Assembly (NCBI GenBank): GCA_963770565.1
Contig: CAVYQE010000001.1
Span: 352,001 to 416,000, forward strand
Length of the DNA stretch: 64,000 nucleotides
Source of the DNA: an uncultured Actinomycetota bacterium
GTDB lineage: Bacteria > Actinomycetota > Actinomycetes > JAFAQI01
Reading direction: 5' to 3'
In this document: positions 46,321-56,637 of the stretch, piece by piece
Numbering within the stretch: the first letter of the stretch is position 1
Layout of the letters: the number at the start of each line of letters is the position of its first letter
The notes under the pieces: model-generated
What the model was told of the DNA's origin: nothing
What the model saw: the letters and a program-made list of their open reading frames with translations, nothing else
The model's database searches: none
Made by a program: the position numbers and the translations under genes

Positions 46321-48653
46321 ACAATCTCAGGGTCGCGCGCGACCTGCAGACTCATCACGTTCGGGCCGAGATCGGACGCCTCGCCCGCACCGACCGCGTC
46401 CCGCTGAGCGAGCTCGACACCGCGGTACAGACCGCGGTCGACACCGCACTGTCACCAGCGGTGTCGATCGCGCTAGTGGCGGACACGATGCGATTACGGA
46501 GCCGGCGGGGTTGTGTCGGCGGACGGCGCGAGCGTGTTCACCGTCGCCGGCTCCCAGCTCTACACCTCCCCGGAGATCCTGGCGGCGGAGCGCCGGCTGC
46601 TCGCTGCCGCGGATCCACCGATGGACACCGGGTCCCGGATGGTTTGGTTGAGCTGTGCCTGCTCGAGGCCCGGGTGAGCGGAGCGGGTTGAACCCGGCGC
46701 AAGAACAGCTGGTCCGCGATCTCGCCACATCAGGGCAACGGGTGCAGCTCGCCTTGGCGCCAGCCGGGACCGAAAGACCACCGCGCTCGGGACACTGGCC
46801 GGCGCGTGGCGCGACAGTGGCGGCACGGTGATCGGATTGGCGCCCTCTGCGGTCGCCGCCGCCGAGCTCCGCGCCGCGCTAGGCGGGCCGGCCGACACGG
46901 TCGCGAAGCTGCTCCACGGTCTCGACGGTGGGGAAGTACCGGCCGAGCTCGGCAGGATCAACAAGGGCACGTTGGTGGTGATCGACGAGGCCGGGATGGC
47001 GGGTACGTTCGACCTGGACCGCACCATCAGCCACGTCCTCGACCGTGGCGGCAGCGTGCGCCTGGTCGGGACACCCGCCAGCTCGCCGCAGTCGCCAGCG
47101 GCGGGATCCTCCGCGACATCGCCCGGACCCACCCGGTCGCCAGATTGGACGCGCCGGTCCGGTTCGCTGATCCGGTCGAAGGTCACGCCTCCCTCGCCCT
47201 GCGCGTCGGTGAACCGATCGCGCTGGGCTACTACCTCGATCACGACCGGATCCACTCCGGTGATCGCACCACCACCATCGACGCCGCGTTCAGCGCGTGG
47301 CTAACCGACCGTGCCGCAAACCGCGACGCGATTCTGCTCGCCGCGACCAACACCACAGTCCGCGACCTCAACATTCGCGCCCGTGCCGACCGGCTCGGCG
47401 GCCAGCCCGCCGACTGCGACGTTCCGTTGCACGACGGAACGCACGCCAGTGCCGGGGATCTGATCGTGACCCGCCGTAACAATCGGCAACTGATGATCAG
47501 CGCGACCGACTGGGTGAAGAACGGTGACCGCTGGCAGATCCACACCGTCACCCCTGACGGCTCGCTCCAGGTCCGTCACCTCACCACCCGGCGAAGGATC
47601 ACCCTGCCCGCCGGCTACGTCCAAGCGCACGTCGAGCTCGGCTATGCCACCACGATCCACCTCGCGCAAGGCCGCACCGCCGACACCTGTCACACCGTGT
47701 TCACCGGGCGGGAGGACCGTCACGACCTTTACGTCGCGATGACCCGCGGCCGGGCCGCGAACCACCTCTACCTCGACACGTCCGCTCCTGGACCGCACGA
47801 CGCGACCGCTCCGGACGCGGTCACGCCACCGACCAGCGTCGAGACCCTGGAACGGATCCTCGCCCGCGAACCCGATCAGCGATCCGCAACCAGCCAGCAC
47901 CAGACCGACCTCGACCCCGCCACCGTCCTGCGGCGTGCGGTCGAGCGCTACCTCGAGGCCGTCACGATCGCCGGCGGAGGACCCGGAGAAGGACCACGAC
48001 CGCTGCGCTGGCTCCCACCCATCCCGGACATCGATGACCAGGAGTGGGCGCAGTACCTGCAGCAGCGCTACCAGCTCGTCACCACCGCCGCCGCCCGCGT
48101 GCAAGCCAGCACGCTGCCCGACGAAGACTGGGCCGACTACCTGCGGCTCAAAGACCGGACTCTCGCCCGCGAGCTGGCGATCTGGCGCGCGGCGATCGGC
48201 TGCGACCCCGACCACCCCGACCCCTGCGGGCCCGACCAGTGCACCGCACCCGGCTACCGCGAGTACCTCAGCCAGCGAGTGCAAGCCGTCGCCACCATCG
48301 CATACCGGTCACACGACTGGACGAAGCTGCTGCGCGAGCTCGACCCGCGGATCACCGCCGACCCCAGCTGGCCCTGGCTCGTCCGAGGCCTCACCCGAGC
48401 CGCCCGCACCGGCTACAACGCCCCCGCCCGCCTCCCTGCACTTGTCAACGACGAGCATCCACTGCCCGACCAGCACCCAGCCCGAGCCCTGCTCTACCGG
48501 CTCGCCCAAGACTGGCCCCAAGCAATCACTCCACCCAGCAGCACCCGGCAGCGCGACCGCGACAACGACCGCATCGCCCAACAACGACAAGCCGTCGAGT
48601 ACGCACGCGAGCACCACCGCGGCCACGAACACTCGAGAGGACTCAGCCGATGA
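46321..48653 (+). pseudogene. MobF relaxase-helicase C-terminal half (5'-truncated duplicate copy)
   Basis: 'APAGT..KTT', 'VIDEAGM', 'DWVKNGDRW', 'ELGYATTIHLAQGRTADT', 'LYVAMTRGR'. Confidence 0.85.
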
Positions 48654-49066
48654 CCAGCCAGCCGAGGGACCTCCCGCACCGGAGCGTTGGATTTGAGTTC
48701 TCGCCCGACCAGTTGTTGTTCACAACGGAGGAGGCCGCTGAGGTACTGCGCGTGGGGCGGACCACTGTTTACGCCCTCATCAGGAGTGGCGATCTTCGGC
48801 CGGTCCATATCGGTCGTTGCTGTCGGATCTCTCGAGGCGAGCTCGATCGCTACGTCGAGCGCCTCGATACGGCCCAGGCCAGACCGTCGGTACCGATCTG
48901 GCGACCCAGGCTCTCCGAAGCAGACCTGGAGGGTGCCGTTGCCGATGGCTCTCCACAGGACGCCGCCTGGGCGTTGCCAACCGTCAGACCCAGAGCGCAG
49001 GATCAACAACAGGTAGGCGTGCGGCACGACAAGCCAACGGAGTCCAAACGGACGGCGGAGGCTTAG
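48650..49066 (+). CDS. Excisionase-like HTH_17 DNA-binding protein (left copy)
   Basis: 'LLFTTEEAAEVLRVGRTTVYALIRSGDLRPVHIGR'; ATGA overlap with the relaxase stop; C-terminus differs from the right copy by an indel. Confidence 0.88.
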   Translation: MTSQPRDLPHRSVGFEFSPDQLLFTTEEAAEVLRVGRTTVYALIRSGDLRPVHIGRCCRISRGELDRYVERLDTAQARPSVPIWRPRLSEADLEGAVADGSPQDAAWALPTVRPRAQDQQQVGVRHDKPTESKRTAEA

Positions 49067-49084
49067 CTAAAACGAGGTGAATCA

Positions 49085-49380
49085 ATGACAGGCAAGCGAG
49101 CGTCGGGCGAGAGCTCGATTTACCAGGACGACGAGGGGCGCTGGCACGGATACGTCAGCATGGGTCTGAAATCTGGTGGCCGTCGTGATCGCCGTCACGT
49201 CTCCGGTGCCAAGCGCGCCGATGTTGTGACGAAGGTCCGTGCGCTTGAGCGCAAGCGTGATGCCGGCATGATCGAGGCATCCGGTCGCCCGATCACCGTT
49301 GAGCAGTGGCTTACCCATTGGCAAGACACGATCGCGGAACCCAAGGTACGGCCATCGACTCTCGTCCGTTACAAGCAGTT
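49085..49380 (+). pseudogene. Tyrosine integrase N-terminal fragment (left copy)
   Basis: 'KRASGESSIYQ..GRWHGYVSMG', 'TVEQWLTHW', 'VRPSTLVRY'; ends at the palindrome apex. Confidence 0.85.
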
Positions 49381-49759
49381 CGGCGTACATCGCCTCGACA
49401 TGCTCGGGCTGCAGCCGATCGAGGCGATGATGGCCGATCCCCGGAATGATCTGGTGCTTGATCAACTGCTTGTAACGGACGAGAGTCGATGGCCGTACCT
49501 TGGGTTCCGCGATCGTGTCTTGCCAATGGGTAAGCCACTGCTCAACGGTGATCGGGCGACCGGATGCCTCGATCATGCCGGCATCACGCTTGCGCTCAAG
49601 CGCACGGACCTTCGTCACAACATCGGCGCGCTTGGCACCGGAGACGTGACGGCGATCACGACGGCCACCAGATTTCAGACCCATGCTGACGTATCCGTGC
49701 CAGCGCCCTTCGTCGTCCTGGTAAATCGAGCTCTCGCCCGATGCTCGCTTGCCTGTCAT
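49374..49759 (-). pseudogene. Tyrosine integrase N-terminal fragment (right copy; catalytic domain absent)
   Basis: Continues 'YKQLIKHQIIPGIGHHRLDRLQPEHVEAMYAELL', then folds back into the left arm. Confidence 0.85.
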
Positions 49760-49827
49760 TGCTTCACCTCGTTTTAGCTAGGCCTCCGCCGTCCGTTTGG
49801 ACTCCGTTGGCTTGTCGTGCCGGACGC

Positions 49828-50193
49828 CTACCTGTTGTTGATCCTGCGCTCTGGGTCTGACGGTTGGCAACGCCTAGGCGGCGTCCTGTGGAGAGCCATC
49901 GGCAACGGCACCCTCCAGGTCTGCCTCGGAGAGCCTGGACGCCAGATCGGTACCGACGGTCTGGCCTGGGCCGTATCGAGGCGCTCGACGTAGCGATCGA
50001 GCTCGCCTCGAGAGATCCGACAGCAACGACCGATATGGACCGGCCGAAGATCGCCACTCCTGATGAGGGCGTAAACAGTGGTCCGCCCCACGCGCAGTAC
50101 CTCAGCCGCCTCCTCCGTTGTGAACAACAACTGGTCGGGCGAGAACTCAAATCCGACGCTCCGGTGCGGGAGGTCCCTCGGCTGGCTGGTCAT
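49828..50193 (-). CDS. Excisionase-like HTH_17 protein (right copy)
   Basis: Same HTH as the copy at 48650; ATGA overlap at 50190-50193. Confidence 0.88.
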   Translation of the reverse strand: MTSQPRDLPHRSVGFEFSPDQLLFTTEEAAEVLRVGRTTVYALIRSGDLRPVHIGRCCRISRGELDRYVERLDTAQARPSVPIWRPGSPRQTWRVPLPMALHRTPPRRCQPSDPERRINNR

Positions 50194-53100
50194 CGGCTGA
50201 GTCCTCTCGAGTGTTCGTGGCCGGGGTGGTGCTCGCGTGCGTATTCGACGGCTTGTCGTTGTTGGACGATGCGGTCGTTGTCGCGGTCGTGCCGCCGGGT
50301 GCCGCTGGGTGGGGTGATTGCTTGGGGCCAGTCTTGGGCGAGCCGGTATAGCAGGGCTCGGGCTGGGTGCTGGTCGGGAAGTGGATGCTCGTCGTTGACA
50401 AGTCCAGGGAGGCGGGCGGGGGCGTTGTAGCCGGTGCGGGCGGCTCGGGTGAGGCCTCGGACGAGCCAGGGCCAGCTGGGGTCGGCGGTGATCCGCGGGT
50501 CGAGCTCGCGCAGCAGCTTCGTCCAGTCGTGTGACCGGTAGGCGATGGTGGCGACGGCTTGGACTCGCTGGCTGAGGTACTCGCGGTAGCCGGGTGCGGT
50601 GCACTGGTCGGGCCCGCAGGGGTCGGGGTGGTCGGGGTCGCAGCCGATCGCCGCGCGCCAGATCGCGAGCTCGCGGGCGAGGGTCCGGTCTTTGAGCCGG
50701 AGGTAGTCGGCCCAGTCTTCGTCGGGCAGCGTGCTGGCTTGCACGCGGGCGGCGGCGGTGGTGACGAGTTGGTAGCGCTGCTGCAGGTAGTGCGCCCACT
50801 CCTGGTCATCGATGTCCGGGATGGGTGGGAGCCAGCGCAGCGGTCGTGGTCCTTCTCCGGGTCCTCCGCCGGCGATCGTGACGGCCTCGAGGTAGCGCTC
50901 GACCGCACGCCGCAGGACGGTGGCGGGGTCGAGGCCTGCCTGGTGCTGGCTGGTTGCGGATCGCTGATCGGGTTCGCGGGCGAGGATCCGTTCCAGGGTC
51001 TCGACACTGGTCGGCGGCGTGATCGCGTCCGGGGCGGTCGCGTCGTGCGGTCCAGGAGCGGACGTGTCGAGGTAGAGGTGGTTCGCGTCCCGGCCGCGGG
51101 TCATCGCGACGTAAAGGTCGTGACGGTTCTCCCGCCCGGTGAGCACGGTGTGACAGGTGTCGGCGGTGCGGCCTTGCGCGAGGTGGATCGTGGTGGCATA
51201 GCCGAGCTCGACGTGCTCGCGGACGTAGTCGGCGGGCAGGGTGACGCTGCGCCGGGTGGCGAGGTGACGGACCGGAGCGAGCCGTCAGGGGTGACGGTGT
51301 GGATCTGCCAGCGGTCGCCGTTCTTCACCCAGTCGGTCGCGCTGATCATCAGCCGCCGGTTGTTGCGGCGGGTCACGATCAGATCCCCGGCACTGGCGCG
51401 CGTTCCGTCGTGCAACGGAACCTCGCGGTCGGCGGGCTGGCCGCCGAGCCGGTCGGCACGGGCGCGAATGTTGAGGTCGCGGACTGTGGTGTTGGTCGCG
51501 GCGAGCAGGATCGCGTCGCGGCCGGCGGCACGGTCGGCCTGCCACGCGCTGAACGCGGCGTCGAAGGTGGTGGTGCGGTCACCGGAGTGGATCCGGTCGT
51601 GGTCGAGGTAGTAGCCCAGCGCGACCGGATCACCGACGCGCAGGGCGAGGGAGGCGTGACCTTCGACCGGATCAGCGAACCGGACCGGCGCGTCCAGAGT
51701 CTGGCGACCGGGTGGGTCGCGGCGATGTCGCGCAGCACCCCGCCGCTGGCGACCGCGGCGAGCTGGCGGGTGTCCCCGACCAGGCGGACGCTGCCGCCGC
51801 GGGCGAGGACGTGGCTGACGGTGCGGTCGAGGTCGAACGTGCCGGCCATCCCGGCCTCATCGATCACCACCAATGTGCCCGAGTCGATCGAGCCGAGCCC
51901 GGCGGGGACAGGCCCGCCGTCGAGGCCGTGGAGCAGCTTGGCGATCGTGTCGGTCGTCCCGCCGAGCGCGGCGCGGAGCTCGGCGGCGGCGACCGCGGAC
52001 GGGCGCCAGGCCGATCACCGTGCCGCCGCTCGTCGCGCCACGCGGCGGCCAAGTGACCGAGCGCGGTGGTCTTCCCGGTTCCGGCCGGCGCCAAGCGCGA
52101 GCTGCACCCGGCGCCCGGAGGTCGCGAGATCGCGGACCAGCTGTTCCTGCGCCGGGTTCAACACCCGGCCGCTCACCCGGGCCTCGAGCAGCGACAGCTC
52201 GACCAAACCGTCCGGGACCCGGTCGACCATCAGTGCGGTCCGCAGCGGCGAGCAGCCGGGACTCCGCCGCCAGGATCTCCGGGGACGTGTAGAGCTGGGA
52301 GCCGGCGACGGTGAACACACTCGCGCCGTCCCGCCGGCGCAACCCGGCCGGCTCGGCGATCGCATCGTGTCCGCCGCCTAGCGCGATCGACACCGCTGGT
52401 GACAGTGCGGTATCGACCGCGGTCTGCACCGCGGTGTCGAGCTCGCTGAGCGGGAGCCGGTCGGTGCGGGCGAGGCGTTCGATCTCGGCGCGAACATGAT
52501 GGGTCTGCCAGGTCGCGCGCGACCCAGAGATCGTCATGACCGCTCGCCGCCCGGCTTGCTCGCACCAGTCCCGGACCCGTTCGGGCTCGGACCGGTTCGA
52601 CGGCGCGACCGGGAGGTAGCGCGCCCGTGAGCATGGCGTCGACCGCCCGGCTGTCACCCAAGACCTCGACCGCTTCCTCGTGCCAGTCAGCGCGTTGCTC
52701 GGCGAGAGCTCGGGGTCCGGACTTGTCGGGGCGGGTCATCAGGTTCGCTTGCGCGAACAGGTCATGGGTTTCACCGGCATCCGGTGACCGGCCGTGAGTG
52801 CGGGTGAACTCTGCCGCCAACTCCGCCTGCCGGGTGGTGATCGCCTCCCGGCGTGAGGACCACACCGCCAACAGCTCGGGGTCGATTCCAGTGATCTCCC
52901 GCACCGGCCGCTTCCCCCGCCCGGTCACTCGGTCAGCAAACGTGACCCCGAGCCGGTCGACGAGCTGCGCTTCTAGGCGGGTGTTGTACCGCTCGGAGGC
53001 GGCGACCGCCGCCTTGTGCAACACCCGGCCGTCCAACGCCCGCCACCGACCATCAGGCGTTTGAACCTTGTTGGAGATCGCGACATGGGTGTGCAGGTCC

Positions 53101-53840
53101 GGGTCCCCGGTCCGGGAATCCCGGTGGGTGAACGCAACGGCGACCAGTCCGTTCACGTCGACCTGACGGACCCCGTTGTGCCCGAGCCGGGTGAACGTCG
53201 CGGTGTCCTCCAGCCAGCCGATCACATCGCGGACCGCCGCGTCGTGCGCCGCCAGCACCTGAGCGGACACCACCGGATCGGCGAGCGCCCACAGCGCGGA
53301 GACGCTTTTCACTGGGGAGAACGTCAGGTCATACCCGGCCACCGACCCCACCCCGCGCCGGCCCACCGTGGCCAGGAAGTCGGTCAGCTCCCGCGCGTCC
53401 GGCACCCAGCCGTGCGCCTCGATGAACCACTCCGTACCCAGCTCGCTGCGCAACGTCGCCCGGATCGTGGCGTCCACCGGCGCCGCGACCGGCTGCCCGA
53501 TCTTCGTGTTGTGCTCGCCGATCCGGGCCGCGAGCTCCCGCGCGAACCCGGTCCCGGCGTCGCGGACCGTGAACCCCCGGCCCAACGGGATCTCCTTGTG
53601 GTTGGGGTGGTGGCCGTGCCCGAACAACGCCACCATCTGGGACTCGCGGACCACAGAACCCGCGACCGGCCCGCCGTCCAACCCGGCCAGGCCACGGCCC
53701 AGCCACACCCCGGGGGCCTCGCCGCGTTCGCTGTAGTAGGAGGCCAGGTTCTCGTACCGACCGCCGGGGTGTCGTGGGTCTGCGACGTGACGGGTCAGAT
53801 ACGTGTAGCCGTTCCCGGCCGAGAGCTTGTGCAAGGTCAT
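50190..53840 (-). CDS. MobF/TrwC relaxase fused to a RecD-like helicase (actinobacterial type); several frameshifts
   Basis: 'MTLHKLSAGNGYTYLTRHVA', 'YYSERGEAPGVWLG', 'GYDLTFSPVKSVSALWA', 'FTHRDSRTGDPDLHTHVAISNKV', 'WSSRR', 'APAGTGKTT', 'IDEAGM'. Confidence 0.93.
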
Positions 53841-53859
53841 CACCGGCCACCACCGACCA

Positions 53860-54440
53860 CAACCACAGCACGGCTGGCGGTGACTTCGGCGAGCGAGGTC
53901 GTCTGACCCCGGCCGGCGCAGCCACAGCCGGCGGGCGAGATCGCGGTGCGCGTACATGACCGCGAACCTGCCAGCGGTGCGCACCAGAAACGTCACCACG
54001 TCAGACCGCACCGGGGCAGCACCACGCCAGGCGAGGTGCGCACAAAATCTCAAAAACGTCACCACGTGCGGCGGTCGGCAGCGGGGCTCAGCGGCCGCCA
54101 GCCACCGGCGGCAGGTGAGGACACGCGGGGCCGACGCACGATCGAGCGGGTTCATGCGCCGCAGGATCAGCGGGGTGTACCCCGAAACGTACTGGTCGGC
54201 GTACCGGTGAACGTACCCCCAGCAGGAAAGCTCGGCGAGGGGCGCCGCGAGATGACTTCATGCCGCTTACGGTGCGCGGCAGGTGTCCCCCCGAACGTCC
54301 CCACCCGTCAGACCTGACAAGTTATGAGCGTGAGAACGAGTCCGGCCGGAGGCACGCAGACACCGTCCGGCGGTTCCGTCGCGGCGTACCCCTACTCGTC
54401 ACTGACAAGTGTGGGGACGCACCACTCCGTCCTACCCGCT
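53860..54440. promoter_or_regulatory. Candidate oriT / divergent promoter region
   Basis: Non-coding gap upstream of the relaxase; direct repeat GGTGCGCAC..AAACGTCACCACGT (53976-54001, 54035-54067); GGGGTGTACCCC and GTAC-rich dyads at 54172-54220. Confidence 0.4.
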
Positions 54441-54454
54441 CGTACGCTAGGCAA

Positions 54455-54841
54455 ATGAGCGCCACCCGGACCCGCCGCTGCGCCCACTGCGGGGGGGAGT
54501 TCACCTCCGCGCGCAAGCCCGGACCCGCACCGAAATACTGCAGCCACGCCCACCGCCAACAGGCCTACCAGATCCGCCGCGGCACCACCGGCCGCACCGG
54601 ACAAGACGAGCTGACCGAAGAAGTACAACGACTGCAGGCCCGGATCCGGCGACTCGAACACGACAACACCCGCCTCCGCGAGGAACTCACCGAAACCAGC
54701 CGCGAGATGGGCCGGCTCTACCGCGAGCTACACCCCACCCCACCCGCGCTCGCCGCCCTCACCGGCCAACCCGAACCGATCCACTCGCCCGCGCACACCG
54801 TCACCCGTAAACTCCGCTGGGGCCGTGGCACCGACACCTGA
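54455..54841 (+). CDS. Zn-finger plus coiled-coil hypothetical protein
   Basis: 'CAHCGGEF..KPGPAPKYCSHAHRQQAYQIRR', then heptad 'LTEEVQRLQARIRRLEHDNTRLREEL'. Confidence 0.75.
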   Translation: MSATRTRRCAHCGGEFTSARKPGPAPKYCSHAHRQQAYQIRRGTTGRTGQDELTEEVQRLQARIRRLEHDNTRLREELTETSREMGRLYRELHPTPPALAALTGQPEPIHSPAHTVTRKLRWGRGTDT

Positions 54842-55115
54842 CCTGCACTGCGGCCAGGCAGCTATCCACAACTTGGACCCGACGATCCGCGACCGCTCCG
54901 AGCCGGTGGATCGTGGCCGGGTGGACAACGACGCCGCCCGTGACTACCCGTGGCTCGCCGAACATGACGACCGGTTCACCCTCGCGCTCGTCCTCGATGT
55001 CTGCGAGGTGCTGGCCCGCCACGGCTACCCGGCACCGACCGGAGCCACGCTCGTCGACCTCGCAGCTGGTCTGCACCACGCCCTGCACGGGTACCGGCCG
55101 CCACCCCTCCACTGA
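54825..55115 (+). CDS. Small hypothetical protein
   Basis: 'RFTLALVLDVCEVLARHGYP..G..LVDL' protein-like segment; start uncertain. Confidence 0.55.
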   Translation: MAPTPDLHCGQAAIHNLDPTIRDRSEPVDRGRVDNDAARDYPWLAEHDDRFTLALVLDVCEVLARHGYPAPTGATLVDLAAGLHHALHGYRPPPLH

Positions 55116-55120
55116 ACCCG

Positions 55121-55412
55121 CCGACCACCGACCACCGACCACCGACCACCGACCACCGACCACCACCACCGACCACCGACCACCGACCACCGACCACCGA
55201 CCACCGACCACCGACCACCGACCACCGACCACCGACCACCGACCACCGACCACCGACCACCGACCACCGACCACCGACCACCGACCACCGACCACCGACC
55301 ACGACCACCGACCACCGACCACCGACCACCGACCACCGACCACCGACCACCGACCACCGACCACCGACCACCGACCACCGACCACCGACCACCGACCACC
55401 GACCACCGACCA
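55121..55412. repeat. Heptamer microsatellite (CCGACCA)~41 with two interruptions
   Basis: Direct reading. Confidence 0.97.
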
Positions 55413-55585
55413 CCACACCCCCAAATCCCCGGCACACCTCTTGCATCAATCTGCCGACAGCAGGATCAGGCCGCGGCCCACGTGTTCGGGGGACCGCAGT
55501 CGCTAGTCAACGGCCCGCGGAATGGCAGTCGAGTGACGGCTTGAGGGCGGGTCCGACCGCGCGCCTTAACGGAGGCGTCAGAGAC

Positions 55586-56416
55586 ATGGCGTTGAATCCG
55601 ACCATGGGGACGGCGTGGAAGGTCAAACTTGAGCGGGCGGATGAGTTGATCGACGACCTCGCCGACGAGATAGCCGCATACCTACGCAACGACTCCATTG
55701 ACGTAGTCGCGACACCGAGCGCGACGCTTCGGTCGGCATGGGACCTGCGGCTCCAGCTCGGCGTTAGCCCGCCGACGCGATGGAGCGCGGTTATCGGCGA
55801 CGTGCTGCACAACGAACGTTCCGCCCTGGACGCGTACGCCTATGACGTAATCACGAGCAGCGCAACCACATTCACCGAAAAGCAACTTCGACGACTTGCG
55901 TTCCCGCTCTCTGCGGACCAGGACGCTTTTGACAGCTACGGGTGGTGCGCCGGCCTCAAACCACCGGACGAGATCAGGGACGCGTTCCGCTACGCGCAGC
56001 CTTGGTACCCGCTCAGTGAGGCGGGACTCGATGGCTTCGACAACCCGGCCGGCTTCGTCGAAGCAACCGGGTTGCGTCGCTTGTCACGGCTCAACAACGA
56101 CGACAAACACAAGATGATCCACGTCACGGTGTGTAACCCGAGCATGATGTGGAGCGCTCTACCCGAGGGGGCGGCGGTGACCAGTTGGACTCACGATGCC
56201 ACCTGGCCTTGGGTCGACGGAGCGACGATTGCGACGGTCACCGTTGACGGTTTGGTCGGCGACGCCACGCCTTCGTTCGGCCACACATTCGACGTGGCGC
56301 TGGTCGCCGATGCCGCGCCGCTGCAAGCGCACTCGCTGATCAGCCGGTTGCGTGAGTTTCGGGCCGCCGCCGCTGAGGCGATCACGCATGTCCAGTGGGT
56401 TCTTGGCAACAACTGA
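55586..56416 (+). CDS. Hypothetical protein of the 'KL.RA..HN.RSALD..N.DKH' family (HEPN-like)
   Basis: RBS GGAGG at 55571; 'KLERADELI', 'IGDVLHNERSALD', 'LAFP', 'LSRLNNDDKHK'. Confidence 0.75.
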   Translation: MALNPTMGTAWKVKLERADELIDDLADEIAAYLRNDSIDVVATPSATLRSAWDLRLQLGVSPPTRWSAVIGDVLHNERSALDAYAYDVITSSATTFTEKQLRRLAFPLSADQDAFDSYGWCAGLKPPDEIRDAFRYAQPWYPLSEAGLDGFDNPAGFVEATGLRRLSRLNNDDKHKMIHVTVCNPSMMWSALPEGAAVTSWTHDATWPWVDGATIATVTVDGLVGDATPSFGHTFDVALVADAAPLQAHSLISRLREFRAAAAEAITHVQWVLGNN

Positions 56417-56637
56417 CGTATCGCCGGTCAAGCGAGACCTGCCGGACCACGCAGCGAGCGAGGCGTGCCATCGAGGCCATGGCAAATCGGTGACCGTCCA
56501 CTGGCCAGTTCGTTACCTAGCCGGGCGGCAGGATCCATGGCGCCGTCCTCAGCGTTTGGGCGGGTTCCCAGCGGAGGCGGTGCGGTACCTGAGGTAGTGG
56601 CGCACTCACGAACGACCCTCGAGCGCGCCGATCTCTC

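Larger units (their letters stand above)
46321..52534. repeat. ~3.06 kb inverted repeat (46321-49380 / 49464-52534) with an 83-bp loop
   Basis: Both arms encode the same relaxase C-half, xis and integrase N-terminus in opposite orientations. Confidence 0.95.

Noticed and set aside
49082-49777. Two overlapping full ORFs (225 and 230 aa) with identical N-termini on opposite strands
   Set aside because: A by-product of the palindrome; the C-terminal halves are antisense read-through of the opposite arm and contain no integrase catalytic residues
54801-55506. Proteins with (TTDHRPP)n or (WSVVGGR)n repeats
   Set aside because: Translations of the heptamer microsatellite, which is open in several frames; no RBS or flanking domain supports coding
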